NCBI GenBank assembly: GCA_965208835.1
Contig: OZ242358.1
Coordinates: forward strand, 4,768,001 to 4,832,000
DNA from: Candidatus Latescibacterota bacterium
Lineage (GTDB): Bacteria; Latescibacterota; UBA2968; GCA-2709665
Direction: 5' to 3'
DNA: 64,000 nt
Below the pieces are notes generated by a model. That model was not told where the DNA came from, made no database searches, and saw nothing but the letters and a program-made list of their open reading frames with translations. The position numbers and the translations under genes were made by a program. Positions 1 through 8,982 of this stretch are shown here, piece by piece. How positions within the stretch are numbered: position 1 is the first letter of the stretch; every line of letters starts with the position of its first letter.

Positions 1-2
1 TC

Positions 3-791
3 GGCAGAATCAGCCTGCGGGGGATCGTGCCCGTCAGTTACGAACTGGATCATCCCGGTCCGATCACACGTTCAGCCGCCGACGCGGCCGTCATTCTCCG
101 GAGCCTGGCCGGTCGGGATCCGATGGATCCGCTGAGCGCCGACGTTCCTGTTGATACGTACCGCGTCGAACCGCTTACCCGTCCCCCCCGCGTCGGCATC
201 ATTCGCACGTACTTCCCCGATAACGCCGACGAAACCATGCGCGCGGCGACGGACGATGCCGTTGAGCGCCTCGCCTTTGCGGGCGCCGAGTTCACCGGTG
301 TGCAAATGCCAGGATCCTTTGCGGATTTACACGAGAATCACGCGCTGCTGCTCGCGGTCGGCGCGGCGAACGTCCACGGGGAACGATACGACGCCCGCCG
401 GGACGCCTTCCCGCCCGGCCTGTGCGAGATCATCGAAAGGGGACGCGCCGCCGGAGCCGTCGATTACGCCAGGGCGCGACGGCACCAGATTGCGTTTAAG
501 TCGGAGGTCCTCGCTGCCTTCGAGGGCGTGGACGTACTGCTGACCCCTGCAACGCCGACGCCGGCGCCATCGGGTCTGACATCCACCGGCAGTCCTGACT
601 TCAACAGCCCCTGGAGCTACGCCGGTCTTCCCACGACCGTCCTGCCAGCCGCCTGTACGTCCGACGGACTGCCCGCCGCCGTCCAACTCGTCGCTCGACC
701 CTTCGCCGAACTCCGCCTGCTCTCTGTCTCCGCCTGGTGCGAAACCCGCCTTGCGTGGAACCGCGCCCCATCGATTCTCTCCGCCGATTAA
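3..791 (+). CDS. Amidase-signature family protein (GatA-like), 5'-truncated by window edge
   Basis: Frame is open from position 3 (GRISLRGIVPVSYELDHPGPITRS). The C-terminus DVLLTPATP...FNSPWSYAGLP...GLP.AVQL is typical of amidases. Confidence 0.85.
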   Translation, partial: GRISLRGIVPVSYELDHPGPITRSAADAAVILRSLAGRDPMDPLSADVPVDTYRVEPLTRPPRVGIIRTYFPDNADETMRAATDDAVERLAFAGAEFTGVQMPGSFADLHENHALLLAVGAANVHGERYDARRDAFPPGLCEIIERGRAAGAVDYARARRHQIAFKSEVLAAFEGVDVLLTPATPTPAPSGLTSTGSPDFNSPWSYAGLPTTVLPAACTSDGLPAAVQLVARPFAELRLLSVSAWCETRLAWNRAPSILSAD

Positions 792-795
792 CGCC

Positions 796-2025
796 ATGTC
801 TCCGCGCCTGGTCCTTAGAAGCTGTCTTACAATTCTGACGTGGACGATGCTCCTTCTCGATCATTGCGGTATCGTCCACGCCTCCCGCGTGCTTTCCCCC
901 AGGCAGCGCGCCGTCCGCCAGGGTATCGACTACATGCTCGACGAGCGGTACGCCCACTCCCACGCCATATTCGACTCACTCGTCGCCGTCGAACCTGAAC
1001 GCCCCGAGGGCTATCTGGGCAAGGCCCTTTCGTACTGGAACGAAAGCATGCTTCTGGCGGACGGCGAACGGTTTGTCGACTCTGTCGACCGCCTGACCGG
1101 CCGTGCCATCAAACTCTCCGAACGTGCTCTCAAGAAGGACAACAACGATGCGGAGATGGTCTTCCTTCTCGGAAAAGCCTATGGTCTGCGCGCGGGCCTG
1201 GCGCTTATCCACGGCAGCCCCATAGACGGCGTACTCCATGGCCTGAAATGCCGGGACTTCCTCAAGGAAACCATCCGTCTGAATCCAGGCCTCGCGGACG
1301 CCTATTTCGGACTGGGCCTGGCAGAGTACGTGGCCGACCGCCAGCCCCGTTTCCTCAGAATGGTAAGCCGTCTGCTTTCGCTCCCCGAAGGCGACCGGAA
1401 ACGCGGTCTCGAACGCCTCGAGCGCGTTGCCCGTGAGGGCATCTACACCCAGCGGCATGCCGTCTCCAGCCGTGCCTACATCGCCCTCTATTACGAGAAG
1501 GACTACGAAGACGCGCGGCGCCGTTTCGCAGACCTGCACCTGAGCTATCCCCACAGCCTGGACTACCGCATCCGTTACCTGGACGCGCTCTTCGGTCTCA
1601 CCATCCAGGGCAGGCAGAACTACCGCCAGGCCCTGATCGACTCCGCAAGATCCATCCGTCTCCTGGCTGAAGAACGAAACTGGATCCTGAACCGGTGGTC
1701 GCGCAACAAGCTGCACTTCATTGAAGGCTTCGGCCACTATCTCACCGGCAACTCGGAGTCGGCAATCGAACGACTTGAACTCTATACGGCCGAAGCCACA
1801 AAAAAGAGCTGGCTGCTTGGCCCGGCACATCTCATACTGGGCAAGCTGGCCGACCTGCGTAACGACCGGGACAATGCGCTCCGCCACTACCGCCGCGTGC
1901 GAAAGCACGAAAACGTCTGGGGCGTCCACGAAGAAGCCGACGCCTTTCTCAGGCATCCGTTCACAGGCGAGGAGCCCGTCCGGCGCCCTCCGGACACGGT
2001 CCGACGTTACCCGGAGAGACCTTGA
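796..2025 (+). CDS. Exported TPR-repeat protein
   Basis: ATG 796 lies 4 nt after the amidase stop. Hydrophobic N-terminus and TPR-like helices (PERPEGYLGKA, NPGLADAYFGLG). Confidence 0.7.
   Translation: MSPRLVLRSCLTILTWTMLLLDHCGIVHASRVLSPRQRAVRQGIDYMLDERYAHSHAIFDSLVAVEPERPEGYLGKALSYWNESMLLADGERFVDSVDRLTGRAIKLSERALKKDNNDAEMVFLLGKAYGLRAGLALIHGSPIDGVLHGLKCRDFLKETIRLNPGLADAYFGLGLAEYVADRQPRFLRMVSRLLSLPEGDRKRGLERLERVAREGIYTQRHAVSSRAYIALYYEKDYEDARRRFADLHLSYPHSLDYRIRYLDALFGLTIQGRQNYRQALIDSARSIRLLAEERNWILNRWSRNKLHFIEGFGHYLTGNSESAIERLELYTAEATKKSWLLGPAHLILGKLADLRNDRDNALRHYRRVRKHENVWGVHEEADAFLRHPFTGEEPVRRPPDTVRRYPERP
815..835 (+). repeat. Solo terminus of MITE family A inside the CDS N-terminus
   Basis: TTA+GAAGCTGTCTTACAATTC differs by one base from target plus terminus TTA+GAAGCTGTCTTAAAATTC. 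Confidence 0.5.
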
Positions 2026-2184
2026 CGCCCCTCTGGAAATACGCGTTATTTTATCGGATGGATCTCGCGGATACATCTCATACGGGGCGTTCCGCGGAAG
2101 CATGGCCACCGGCATTCAGAAAAGAAAACCCAGGCCGTGTTCCGTACACAAACATGCCGGGGCTTGTCTCCTTATGGAATCGGT

Positions 2185-2991
2185 ATGGCGTCTGCGCCCT
2201 CCATAGCCATGTGTCGCTCGAGACTCGGTTACCTCCGGGAGCGTATCCGTTACCCGGCCCCTTCGGCGCCGCCGTGGATCGTCCCCACCGTGGTCCGTTT
2301 CAAATGTCCGGACGCAGACCTGAAGCGCCGTTATCCGAGGAATCTCGGCATTTCCGTCGTCCTTTCCTCGATACTCATCTCCCTTTTATGCCTTCTCTTT
2401 CCAGGGTTCGAGTTTCGCAGTTATCCATCCTACGCCACGCCGGTGATTATTTCGCTCGAAGATATTCCTGAAACCTGGCAGGCGCCGCTGCCTGAAAGCG
2501 AAGCAATCATCCTGGGCACAGGCGACCTGGACGGCGTGGCCGTGGTTGACACCGTGGAAGACGAGGAGTCGGATATCGACTTTCTCGCCAATCTTCAAGT
2601 CGATGACACGCTTGGCGGTATGGACCGGAAGCTTGACGAAGAAGCCGTAGACTTCTGGGCCGTGTCGAAAGAACCCGTTCTCGTGCGCGAGGTCCTGCCC
2701 ATTTATCCAAGGGACGCCCACGATTTAGGTATGGAAGGGGTTGTGTTCGTCAAATTCGCGGTCGGAACGGACGGACGAGTCAAGGAGGCCTCCATTCAGA
2801 AAGGCCCCCGGATCTTTCACGCGTCCGCCCTTGAAGCCGTCTACGGGTTTGTTTTCAGGCCCGCACTCCAGAACGACAAGCCAGTCGCGGTCTGGATGAC
2901 CCGTCCCATCCGTTTTCGAATTGTGGACAATCTGCTTGAGGCGCGGCCCGTTCAACAGGTCCAAAAGCTGCCGGCGCCTGTTTCGCGCTAG
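2185..2991 (+). CDS. tonB: Energy transducer TonB family protein (start uncertain)
   Basis: TM helix plus TonB C-terminal domain (P.YP...G.EG.VFVKF.V..DG..FRPALQNDKPV.VWMT). Clear paralog of 36323-36994. Confidence 0.8.
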   Translation: MASAPSIAMCRSRLGYLRERIRYPAPSAPPWIVPTVVRFKCPDADLKRRYPRNLGISVVLSSILISLLCLLFPGFEFRSYPSYATPVIISLEDIPETWQAPLPESEAIILGTGDLDGVAVVDTVEDEESDIDFLANLQVDDTLGGMDRKLDEEAVDFWAVSKEPVLVREVLPIYPRDAHDLGMEGVVFVKFAVGTDGRVKEASIQKGPRIFHASALEAVYGFVFRPALQNDKPVAVWMTRPIRFRIVDNLLEARPVQQVQKLPAPVSR

Positions 2992-2993
2992 CC

Positions 2994-3998
2994 TCAATTC
3001 TTCCGATCGCGGTCGACCGCCCCTCCGGAATATTTCACTTCCTTCAGCCGATCCCGTTCGTCGAGCCGAACTCTCAGTGTAAACGCCCGCCGGCTCAGAA
3101 ATTTCGGATTGTGATCGAGCGCCGTTTGCAAGGCCAGCGAACCCAGCCACCCCAGCGCGTCGGGCCGAATCCCGAACCGCAGATCATGAATCAGAAACAT
3201 CCGCCCGCTTTCGCCGGACTCGACTACCGCCGGAAAACGCGCGAACCAGCGATATATCCGCCCGTCCCGCCGCTCCCACAGGGGTTCCAGACGGGGCTCG
3301 GCAAGCGCCGAACGGTAGGCGTTCGGCGAATCCGCAACCCCTGAAAACAACGACACAGGCACCTCGTACCATTCCTCCTCGCCAGACACGATTCCACGCC
3401 GATGCAGAGGAGAAAAAGGCACAGGAACCGCCGCTGCAGGCGTCAGTCCCCGTTCCGCTGCCCAGCGGTCCAGATACAGGTAGGTTATACCCGAAACGGC
3501 GACATTGAAGACCATATAAGCCGTAAGCGCCGCCAAACCCAGACGGTACCCATCCGGCCGCCATACCTTCCACCCGAGAACCAGTCCGACGATAAGAATC
3601 AGATCCAGGTACGGGTCGATAACAAACAGCACGTCGAACAACGCCCGGTACCTGGAAAACGGCATAAGGACCATGGTGCCGTACGAGGTTACCATGTCGA
3701 ACAGTATGTGAAGCAACAAGCCGGTGAGAGCGACCGCATAAAGCTTTGTGAACGGGACGTCCTTGAGTATGAAACGCCGAACAGCCCAGGCAACGACGAA
3801 CGCGCCGATTGCGGCGCCAAAGAACGAATGTGTCACCCCGCGGTGCGTCTGCAGGCTGTCGAGCGCGTCACCTGAAAAGAACACATCCACGTCCGGCAAT
3901 ATGCTGGTAATGGTCACCAGATTCACAAACCCCCGGTTCTCCGGCCATACGGACCGCGCAACCAGTCGGCCAACCAGGCCGTGTGTCGGGGTATCCAT
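2994..3998 (-). CDS. Membrane-bound metal-dependent hydrolase (YdjM/YfhP family)
   Basis: Motifs MD..TH, LPD.D, HRG.THS, H...D..TSYGT and DP, with multiple TM segments. Confidence 0.85.
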   Translation of the reverse strand: MDTPTHGLVGRLVARSVWPENRGFVNLVTITSILPDVDVFFSGDALDSLQTHRGVTHSFFGAAIGAFVVAWAVRRFILKDVPFTKLYAVALTGLLLHILFDMVTSYGTMVLMPFSRYRALFDVLFVIDPYLDLILIVGLVLGWKVWRPDGYRLGLAALTAYMVFNVAVSGITYLYLDRWAAERGLTPAAAVPVPFSPLHRRGIVSGEEEWYEVPVSLFSGVADSPNAYRSALAEPRLEPLWERRDGRIYRWFARFPAVVESGESGRMFLIHDLRFGIRPDALGWLGSLALQTALDHNPKFLSRRAFTLRVRLDERDRLKEVKYSGGAVDRDRKN

Positions 3999-4013
3999 GC
4001 CTTTTGCCCCCAG

Positions 4014-4047
4014 GAAGCTGTCTCAAAACCCCAGCGGTCTTCGCGCG
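4014..4047 (+). repeat. Truncated left end of MITE family A
   Basis: GAAGCTGTCTCAAAACCCCAGCGGTCTTCGCGCG matches the start of the copies at 4224 and 50069. Confidence 0.75.
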
Positions 4048-4223
4048 CAACGCCTCTTCAGTGCAAGATTAATAATATACTCAATGCTCCGGTTGAATCA
4101 ACCCCGCGCAAACGCAACTTGACATTTCGGTGTTCTGTCCCCTTAATTTCTTACTATTCTGCCGCCAATGCAATATGGGAACACGTTTCCGGGACAGGAG
4201 GCCAATCTCCCGTCCCTTCTTAA

Positions 4224-4432
4224 GAAGCTGTCTTAAAATTCCCAGCGGTCTTCGCGCGGCTGCAAAAGCGTCGGTCTGCGTTGGTCAAATCCACCCGTCT
4301 TACAAGATCGAGGCTGCGCTTGCTCGCCTCTCATAGGCGAATTTGCCCGTCGGCGCTGCGCGCCCCTCGCGCCTCATAACCGACACATTTTCGCGCGCGC
4401 TCGGGACTCACCAGGAATCTTAAGACAACTTC
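4224..4432 (+). mobile_element. MITE family A, full copy (209 bp)
   Basis: TIRs GAAGCTGTCTTAAAATTCC / GGAATCTTAAGACAACTTC, with TAA on both flanks. Further copies occur in the window. Confidence 0.9.
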
Positions 4433-4461
4433 TAAGGAAGGGTTGCCGGGAGGCTTTAGAT

Positions 4462-5193
4462 ATGTCAAAGCTCGAAGGTAAAGTCGCAGTGGTAACCGGC
4501 GGAAATCAGGGAATCGGGAAGGGAATCGCGCGCGCGTTCGCCAAAGAGGGCGCGAGCCTGGTGTTGACGGCCAGAACGGTCGAAAAGCTTGAATCGGCGG
4601 CGGAAGAAATGAGGACGGAGGGCGTGGAGGCGGTTGTCGCTCCGGCTGATGTCACCGACGAATCGCAGGTGGAATCGGTGTTCGCGAAAGCGATGGAGCG
4701 TTTCGGGAGGGTGGATGTGCTGGTGAATAACGCGGCCGCTTTTGACGGGGGACGAATCGACGAGCTCTCCGCTTCAGCCTGGGACTGGGCGATGGCGGTG
4801 AACCTGCGCGGACCCTTTCTCTGCACACGGGCGGCGTTTCGCATCATGAAAGAACAGGGCGGAGGCCGTATTGTCAATATCGGCAGCATTTCCGCACAGC
4901 GTGTCCGCCCGGATTCCGCTCCATACAGCACCAGCAAGTTCGGAATTACCGGACTGACACATGCCACGGCGCTTGACGGCAGGGACTACGGGATCGTCTG
5001 CTCCTGCCTGCACCCGGGCAACACGCTGGTCGAACGCCGCCAGGAGTCCGACGCGCCCACGGACGACGAGCCGATGATGACGGTGGACGAATTGGCCCAG
5101 GCCGCGGTAACCATGGCGACGCTGCCGCTCCACGTCAACATGCTGGAGGCGATCGTGTTGCCGGTAGGGCAGCTTTATGTCGGACGAGGTTGA
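4462..5193 (+). CDS. SDR family NAD(P)-dependent oxidoreductase
   Basis: TGGNQGIG, NNAA and YSTSK motifs. GGAGG RBS. Confidence 0.9.
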   Translation: MSKLEGKVAVVTGGNQGIGKGIARAFAKEGASLVLTARTVEKLESAAEEMRTEGVEAVVAPADVTDESQVESVFAKAMERFGRVDVLVNNAAAFDGGRIDELSASAWDWAMAVNLRGPFLCTRAAFRIMKEQGGGRIVNIGSISAQRVRPDSAPYSTSKFGITGLTHATALDGRDYGIVCSCLHPGNTLVERRQESDAPTDDEPMMTVDELAQAAVTMATLPLHVNMLEAIVLPVGQLYVGRG

Positions 5194-5319
5194 ATGGATA
5201 CCGCTATGTGTCCGTTGATACCTGAATCCGGAGCAGGGGCTTTGCCGGATGCGTTCCGTATCTTGTCCTGCCCGCCCTGTTTATCCAAGTTGTCGAATGA
5301 GCCGGGATATGGAATTTCC

Positions 5320-5348
5320 TTGACACTCTCGATGTGATTGTTTAAAGT
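5320..5348 (+). promoter_or_regulatory. Sigma70-type promoter of the trp/aromatic operon
   Basis: TTGACA (5320-5325), 17-nt spacer, TAAAGT (5343-5348). Confidence 0.65.
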
Positions 5349-5426
5349 TAGATTGCTCCTGCCGGAGCGGTTTTTCTCGTCACCCGGTACGAAGTGGGCA
5401 GGACCGAGGACTGTGGAGGATCGAAC

Positions 5427-5534
5427 GTGACGGACCATGTCACAAACGGAATTTCCTGGCGTGGGTATTTTTATCGCTCCTACCGGTTGTATTACCGGGA
5501 GGCCCCGGAAGGTTGTGTCTGCCCACGCGAGTAA
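5427..5534 (+). CDS. Attenuator leader peptide, 35 aa: MTDHVTNGISWRGYFYRSYRLYYREAPEGCVCPRE
   Basis: GGAGG RBS upstream of GTG 5427, TAA at 5532-5534. Codons 11-23 include 1 Trp, 5 Tyr and 1 Phe. Lies between the promoter and the terminator upstream of trpE. Confidence 0.8.
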   Translation: MTDHVTNGISWRGYFYRSYRLYYREAPEGCVCPRE

Positions 5535-5568
5535 TCTGCTTGAAAAGTCGGAAACCGGGCCGTGGGCA
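5459..5568 (+). promoter_or_regulatory. Attenuator alternative pairings (1:2 and 2:3 antiterminator)
   Basis: Segment 2 TGCCCACGC (5520-5528) can pair with segment 1 GCGTGGGTA (5459-5467, on the Trp-Arg-Gly-Tyr codons) or with segment 3 CGTGGGCA (5561-5568, 5' arm of the terminator). Confidence 0.8.
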
Positions 5569-5589
5569 TCTGCTCACGGTTTTTTTTTT
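5560..5589 (+). terminator. Intrinsic attenuator terminator (3:4)
   Basis: CCGTGGGC-ATCT-GCTCACGG hairpin followed by 10 T, ending 15 nt before the trpE ATG. Confidence 0.88.
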
Positions 5590-5604
5590 GATCTGTTGGA
5601 ACTC

Positions 5605-7086
5605 ATGAACACACCCGATCTGGAAACGTTGAAGACGCTGGCCAGGGGACGGGGAATTGTTCCGATCTCACGGGAAATCCTCGGAGATACGGAAACCCCG
5701 GTGTCCGCCTATTTGAAACTGCGGCCAAGGAGTCCGTACAGCTTTCTATTCGAGAGCGTGGAAGGAGGGGAAAAGATCGGTCGTTATTCCTTCCTGGGCG
5801 TGGAGCCGTTTCTCGCGTTTCGCTCGTGGAAATCACGGATAGAGGTGGAGGACCTGAAGCGGGGCGGCGTGAGGGTATACGAGGGATCGCCCATTGCCGA
5901 ACTCAGGCGTCTGCTGGGAAAATACCGTTCGGCCCAGTTGGAGGGACTGCCCCGGTTTACCGGCGGAGCCGTCGGCTACGTGGCTTACGACGCAATCCGG
6001 CTGGTCGAGAACATCCCCGATCGAACGCACGACGACCACGGCCTGCCGGACGTCGAGTTACTCTTCTACGATACGCTCCTTGGCTTCGACAACGTACGGC
6101 AGAAAATCCATTTGATATCCAACGTACATACCTCGGGAGATATCGAGCGGAATTACCGGGAGGCGGAAGCGCGAGTCGATGCGCTGGAAGCGGCATTGCG
6201 CGGTCCGGTTCCCGTGAACGGTGTTCCGTCAGGAACACCGCGCAACCGGACGGGAGAAATCAGGTCGAACACGGAGCGGTCTGTCTTTCTGGACAAGGTG
6301 CGTCGCTGCAAGGAATATATCGTGGCTGGCGATATCTTTCAGGTTGTACTCTCTCAGCGCTTCGAGACGGAGATTACCGTGGGGTCCCTGGACATTTACC
6401 GGGCGCTTCGCACGGTGAATCCGTCGCCATATATGTTTCATCTGGACTTCAAGGACGTGCAACTCGTCGGCGCATCGCCGGAGCTGCTGGTGCGCGTCGA
6501 AAATGGCGTCGTGCAGGTGCGCCCCATTGCGGGCACACGCTGGAGGGGGGCTACGGAAGAGGAGGACTCCGCTCTCGCGACGGACCTGCTGGAGGATGAG
6601 AAGGAACGCGCGGAGCATATCATGCTTCTGGATCTGGGCCGTAACGACGTGGGTCGCGTATCGCGTTACGATACAGTACGTGTAACAGAACAGATGGCGA
6701 TTGAGCGCTATTCTCACGTTATGCATATTGTCTCGAACGTTCGGGGGCATCTCAAAGACGGCGTGGATGCACTGGATGCGCTGTATGCCTGTTATCCGGC
6801 AGGTACGGTTTCCGGCGCGCCCAAGATCCGCGCGATGGAGATTATCGACGAGCTGGAGCCGACCCGCCGCGGACCGTACTCGGGGGCGGTGGGCTATATC
6901 GACTTTTCGGGCAATATGGATACGTGCATCGCCATACGTACGATGGTTCTGCAGGGACGGAAAGCGTACGTCCAGGCCGGCGGAGGGATCGTGTTCGATT
7001 CCATACCGGAAAACGAGCATCAGGAAACGGTTAATAAGGCGAAGGCGCTGTTCAGGGCGGTGGAACTGGCGGAGGGTGCGGAGTAG
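5605..7086 (+). CDS. trpE: Anthranilate synthase component I
   Basis: Motifs FLFES, GRYSF, GDIFQVVLS, NPSPYM, PIAGT, EKERAEH, GTVSGAPKIRAM. Start moved to ATG 5605, downstream of the terminator. Confidence 0.95.
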   Translation: MNTPDLETLKTLARGRGIVPISREILGDTETPVSAYLKLRPRSPYSFLFESVEGGEKIGRYSFLGVEPFLAFRSWKSRIEVEDLKRGGVRVYEGSPIAELRRLLGKYRSAQLEGLPRFTGGAVGYVAYDAIRLVENIPDRTHDDHGLPDVELLFYDTLLGFDNVRQKIHLISNVHTSGDIERNYREAEARVDALEAALRGPVPVNGVPSGTPRNRTGEIRSNTERSVFLDKVRRCKEYIVAGDIFQVVLSQRFETEITVGSLDIYRALRTVNPSPYMFHLDFKDVQLVGASPELLVRVENGVVQVRPIAGTRWRGATEEEDSALATDLLEDEKERAEHIMLLDLGRNDVGRVSRYDTVRVTEQMAIERYSHVMHIVSNVRGHLKDGVDALDALYACYPAGTVSGAPKIRAMEIIDELEPTRRGPYSGAVGYIDFSGNMDTCIAIRTMVLQGRKAYVQAGGGIVFDSIPENEHQETVNKAKALFRAVELAEGAE

Positions 7087-7199
7087 TGCCGACAAATTAC
7101 GCCGCCGCCCCTCAGCAACCTTTTGAAAATGTCCATCCTGGCTGTGGCATGCAGCGGGACTATATCAACGGATTGTTTACGGTTTTGTCTGGTTGACCC

Positions 7200-7763
7200 A
7201 TGATCCTGGTAATCGACAATTACGACTCCTTCACGTACAATCTGGTTCAGTATCTGGGTGAGTTGGGCGCCCGGATGGAAGTGTTCAGGAACGATCAGAT
7301 CGAACTGGACCGGATTGACGCAACCCAACCCGAGAAGGTGGTGATTTCGCCCGGTCCCTGCACGCCGAACGAGGCGGGAATCTCCGTGGATCTGGTCCGG
7401 CGGTTTACCGGCCGGATTCCGATGCTGGGTGTCTGTCTCGGGCACCAGTGCATCGGACAGGCCTTTGGCGGCAAGGTCGTGAGGGCCCCGGCAATTCTCC
7501 ACGGGAAGGTGTCTGAGATTCATCACGACGGACGTACGATTTTCAGTGAAATGACTCAGCCCTTCATCGCAACGCGTTACCATTCGCTGATTGTCGAGCG
7601 GGAGAGCCTGCCGGACTGCCTTGAGGTGTCCGCGCAGACACACGACGGGATAATCATGGGTCTGCGGCACAGGAAATATCCGGTTGAGGGCGTGCAGTTT
7701 CATCCCGAATCCATATTGACGGCCGAGGGCAAAGTGCTGTTGAGGAATTTTCTTGAAGGCTGA
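7200..7763 (+). CDS. trpG: Anthranilate synthase component II (glutamine amidotransferase)
   Basis: [28 protein letters not shown]. Confidence 0.95.
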   Translation: MILVIDNYDSFTYNLVQYLGELGARMEVFRNDQIELDRIDATQPEKVVISPGPCTPNEAGISVDLVRRFTGRIPMLGVCLGHQCIGQAFGGKVVRAPAILHGKVSEIHHDGRTIFSEMTQPFIATRYHSLIVERESLPDCLEVSAQTHDGIIMGLRHRKYPVEGVQFHPESILTAEGKVLLRNFLEG

Positions 7764-7768
7764 ATTAG

Positions 7769-7914
7769 CAGCCCGTTGAAAAAGCCCATCCGGACTACGG
7801 CCGGCCGTTGCGGTCGAAATACGGCGTTGTGCTCCCTCGCCGAATCCCAGGATGGGACTCGGTCGCGCGCCTTGTCTTCGGCCTCGCCTGCATAGCGACT
7901 TTATCAACGGACTG
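7769..7914 (+). mobile_element. MITE family B, full copy (146 bp)
   Basis: TIRs CAGCCCGTTGA / TCAACGGACTG with a perfect TTAG target duplication. Confidence 0.9.
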
Positions 7915-7967
7915 TTAGGGGACCGTACGCCGGTCCCGTTCTCTGCTTGCATGTCGGGGAGATGGCT

Positions 7968-8981
7968 ATGGCGATACAGGATGCGATTGCGAAACTGATT
8001 GAGGGGCAGGACCTGCCACGTGACCGGATGATCGGGACGATGAACCAGATCATGTCGGGAGAGGCCACGGACGCACAGATCGGCGCGTTCCTGGTCGCTT
8101 TGCGGGTCAAGGGCGAGACAGTCGAGGAGATCGCCGGCGCCGCGGAAGTGATGAGGGACAAGGCGACGCGGGTTGTAACACGGCACCCCACGGTAGTCGA
8201 TACATGCGGAACCGGAGGCGACGGATCGGGAACTTTCAATATCTCCACGGCGGCGGCGTTCGTGGTGGCCGGCGCGGGACTGTGTGTCGCCAAACATGGC
8301 AACCGCGCCGCATCCAGCCTCTGTGGAAGCGCCGACGTTCTGAAGGAGCTGGGGGTGAACATCGAAGCGTCACCCGGGACGATGGGGCGGTGTCTGGATG
8401 AGGCAGGCATCGGATTTCTGTTCGCTCCGGCATTGCACGGCGCCATGAAATATGCGATCGGACCCAGACGCGAGCTCGGTGCGCGCACGATTTTCAACGC
8501 TCTGGGGCCGCTGACCAATCCGGCAGGCGCAACCCGACACCTGATCGGGGTCTACAGTCGATCTCTGACCGACACGCTGGCGGAGGTCTTGCGAACATTG
8601 GCGTCGGAACGTGCGTTTGTGGTACACGGGCTGGACGGACTGGATGAGATCAGCACGACCGGGCCAACGCAGGTGAGCGAATTGAAGGACGGGACCGTGT
8701 CCACGTATGAGATCACGCCCGAGGACCTGGGAATCGCGAGGGCATCGGCAGACGATCTGGCCGGGGGCAACGCAGAGACCAATGCGGCGATCCTTCGCAG
8801 GGTGCTGAATGGCGAGCCCGGGCCACGGCTTGACATCGTTCTTTTGAACGCGGCAGCCGCAATCGTAGCAGGCGGTGCGGCGGGTGATCTGCCGGCGGCC
8901 ATGGAACTGGCCAGGGAAACCGTGGATTCCGGGCGGGCGGTGGATAAGCTGGAAGAGCTCAAGCTGGTTTCGGCGGGATAA
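7968..8981 (+). CDS. trpD: Anthranilate phosphoribosyltransferase
   Basis: DTCGTGGDG, FNIST, KHGNR, GSAD and DE motifs. Confidence 0.95.
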   Translation: MAIQDAIAKLIEGQDLPRDRMIGTMNQIMSGEATDAQIGAFLVALRVKGETVEEIAGAAEVMRDKATRVVTRHPTVVDTCGTGGDGSGTFNISTAAAFVVAGAGLCVAKHGNRAASSLCGSADVLKELGVNIEASPGTMGRCLDEAGIGFLFAPALHGAMKYAIGPRRELGARTIFNALGPLTNPAGATRHLIGVYSRSLTDTLAEVLRTLASERAFVVHGLDGLDEISTTGPTQVSELKDGTVSTYEITPEDLGIARASADDLAGGNAETNAAILRRVLNGEPGPRLDIVLLNAAAAIVAGGAAGDLPAAMELARETVDSGRAVDKLEELKLVSAG

Positions 8982-8982
8982 G

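Noticed and set aside
4119-4149. TTGACA upstream of the SDR gene
   Set aside because: No good -10 hexamer at 16-18 nt spacing.
5437-5604. 56-aa N-terminal extension of TrpE in the ORF track
   Set aside because: It runs through the attenuator and the T10 tract. TrpE similarity begins at ATG 5605.
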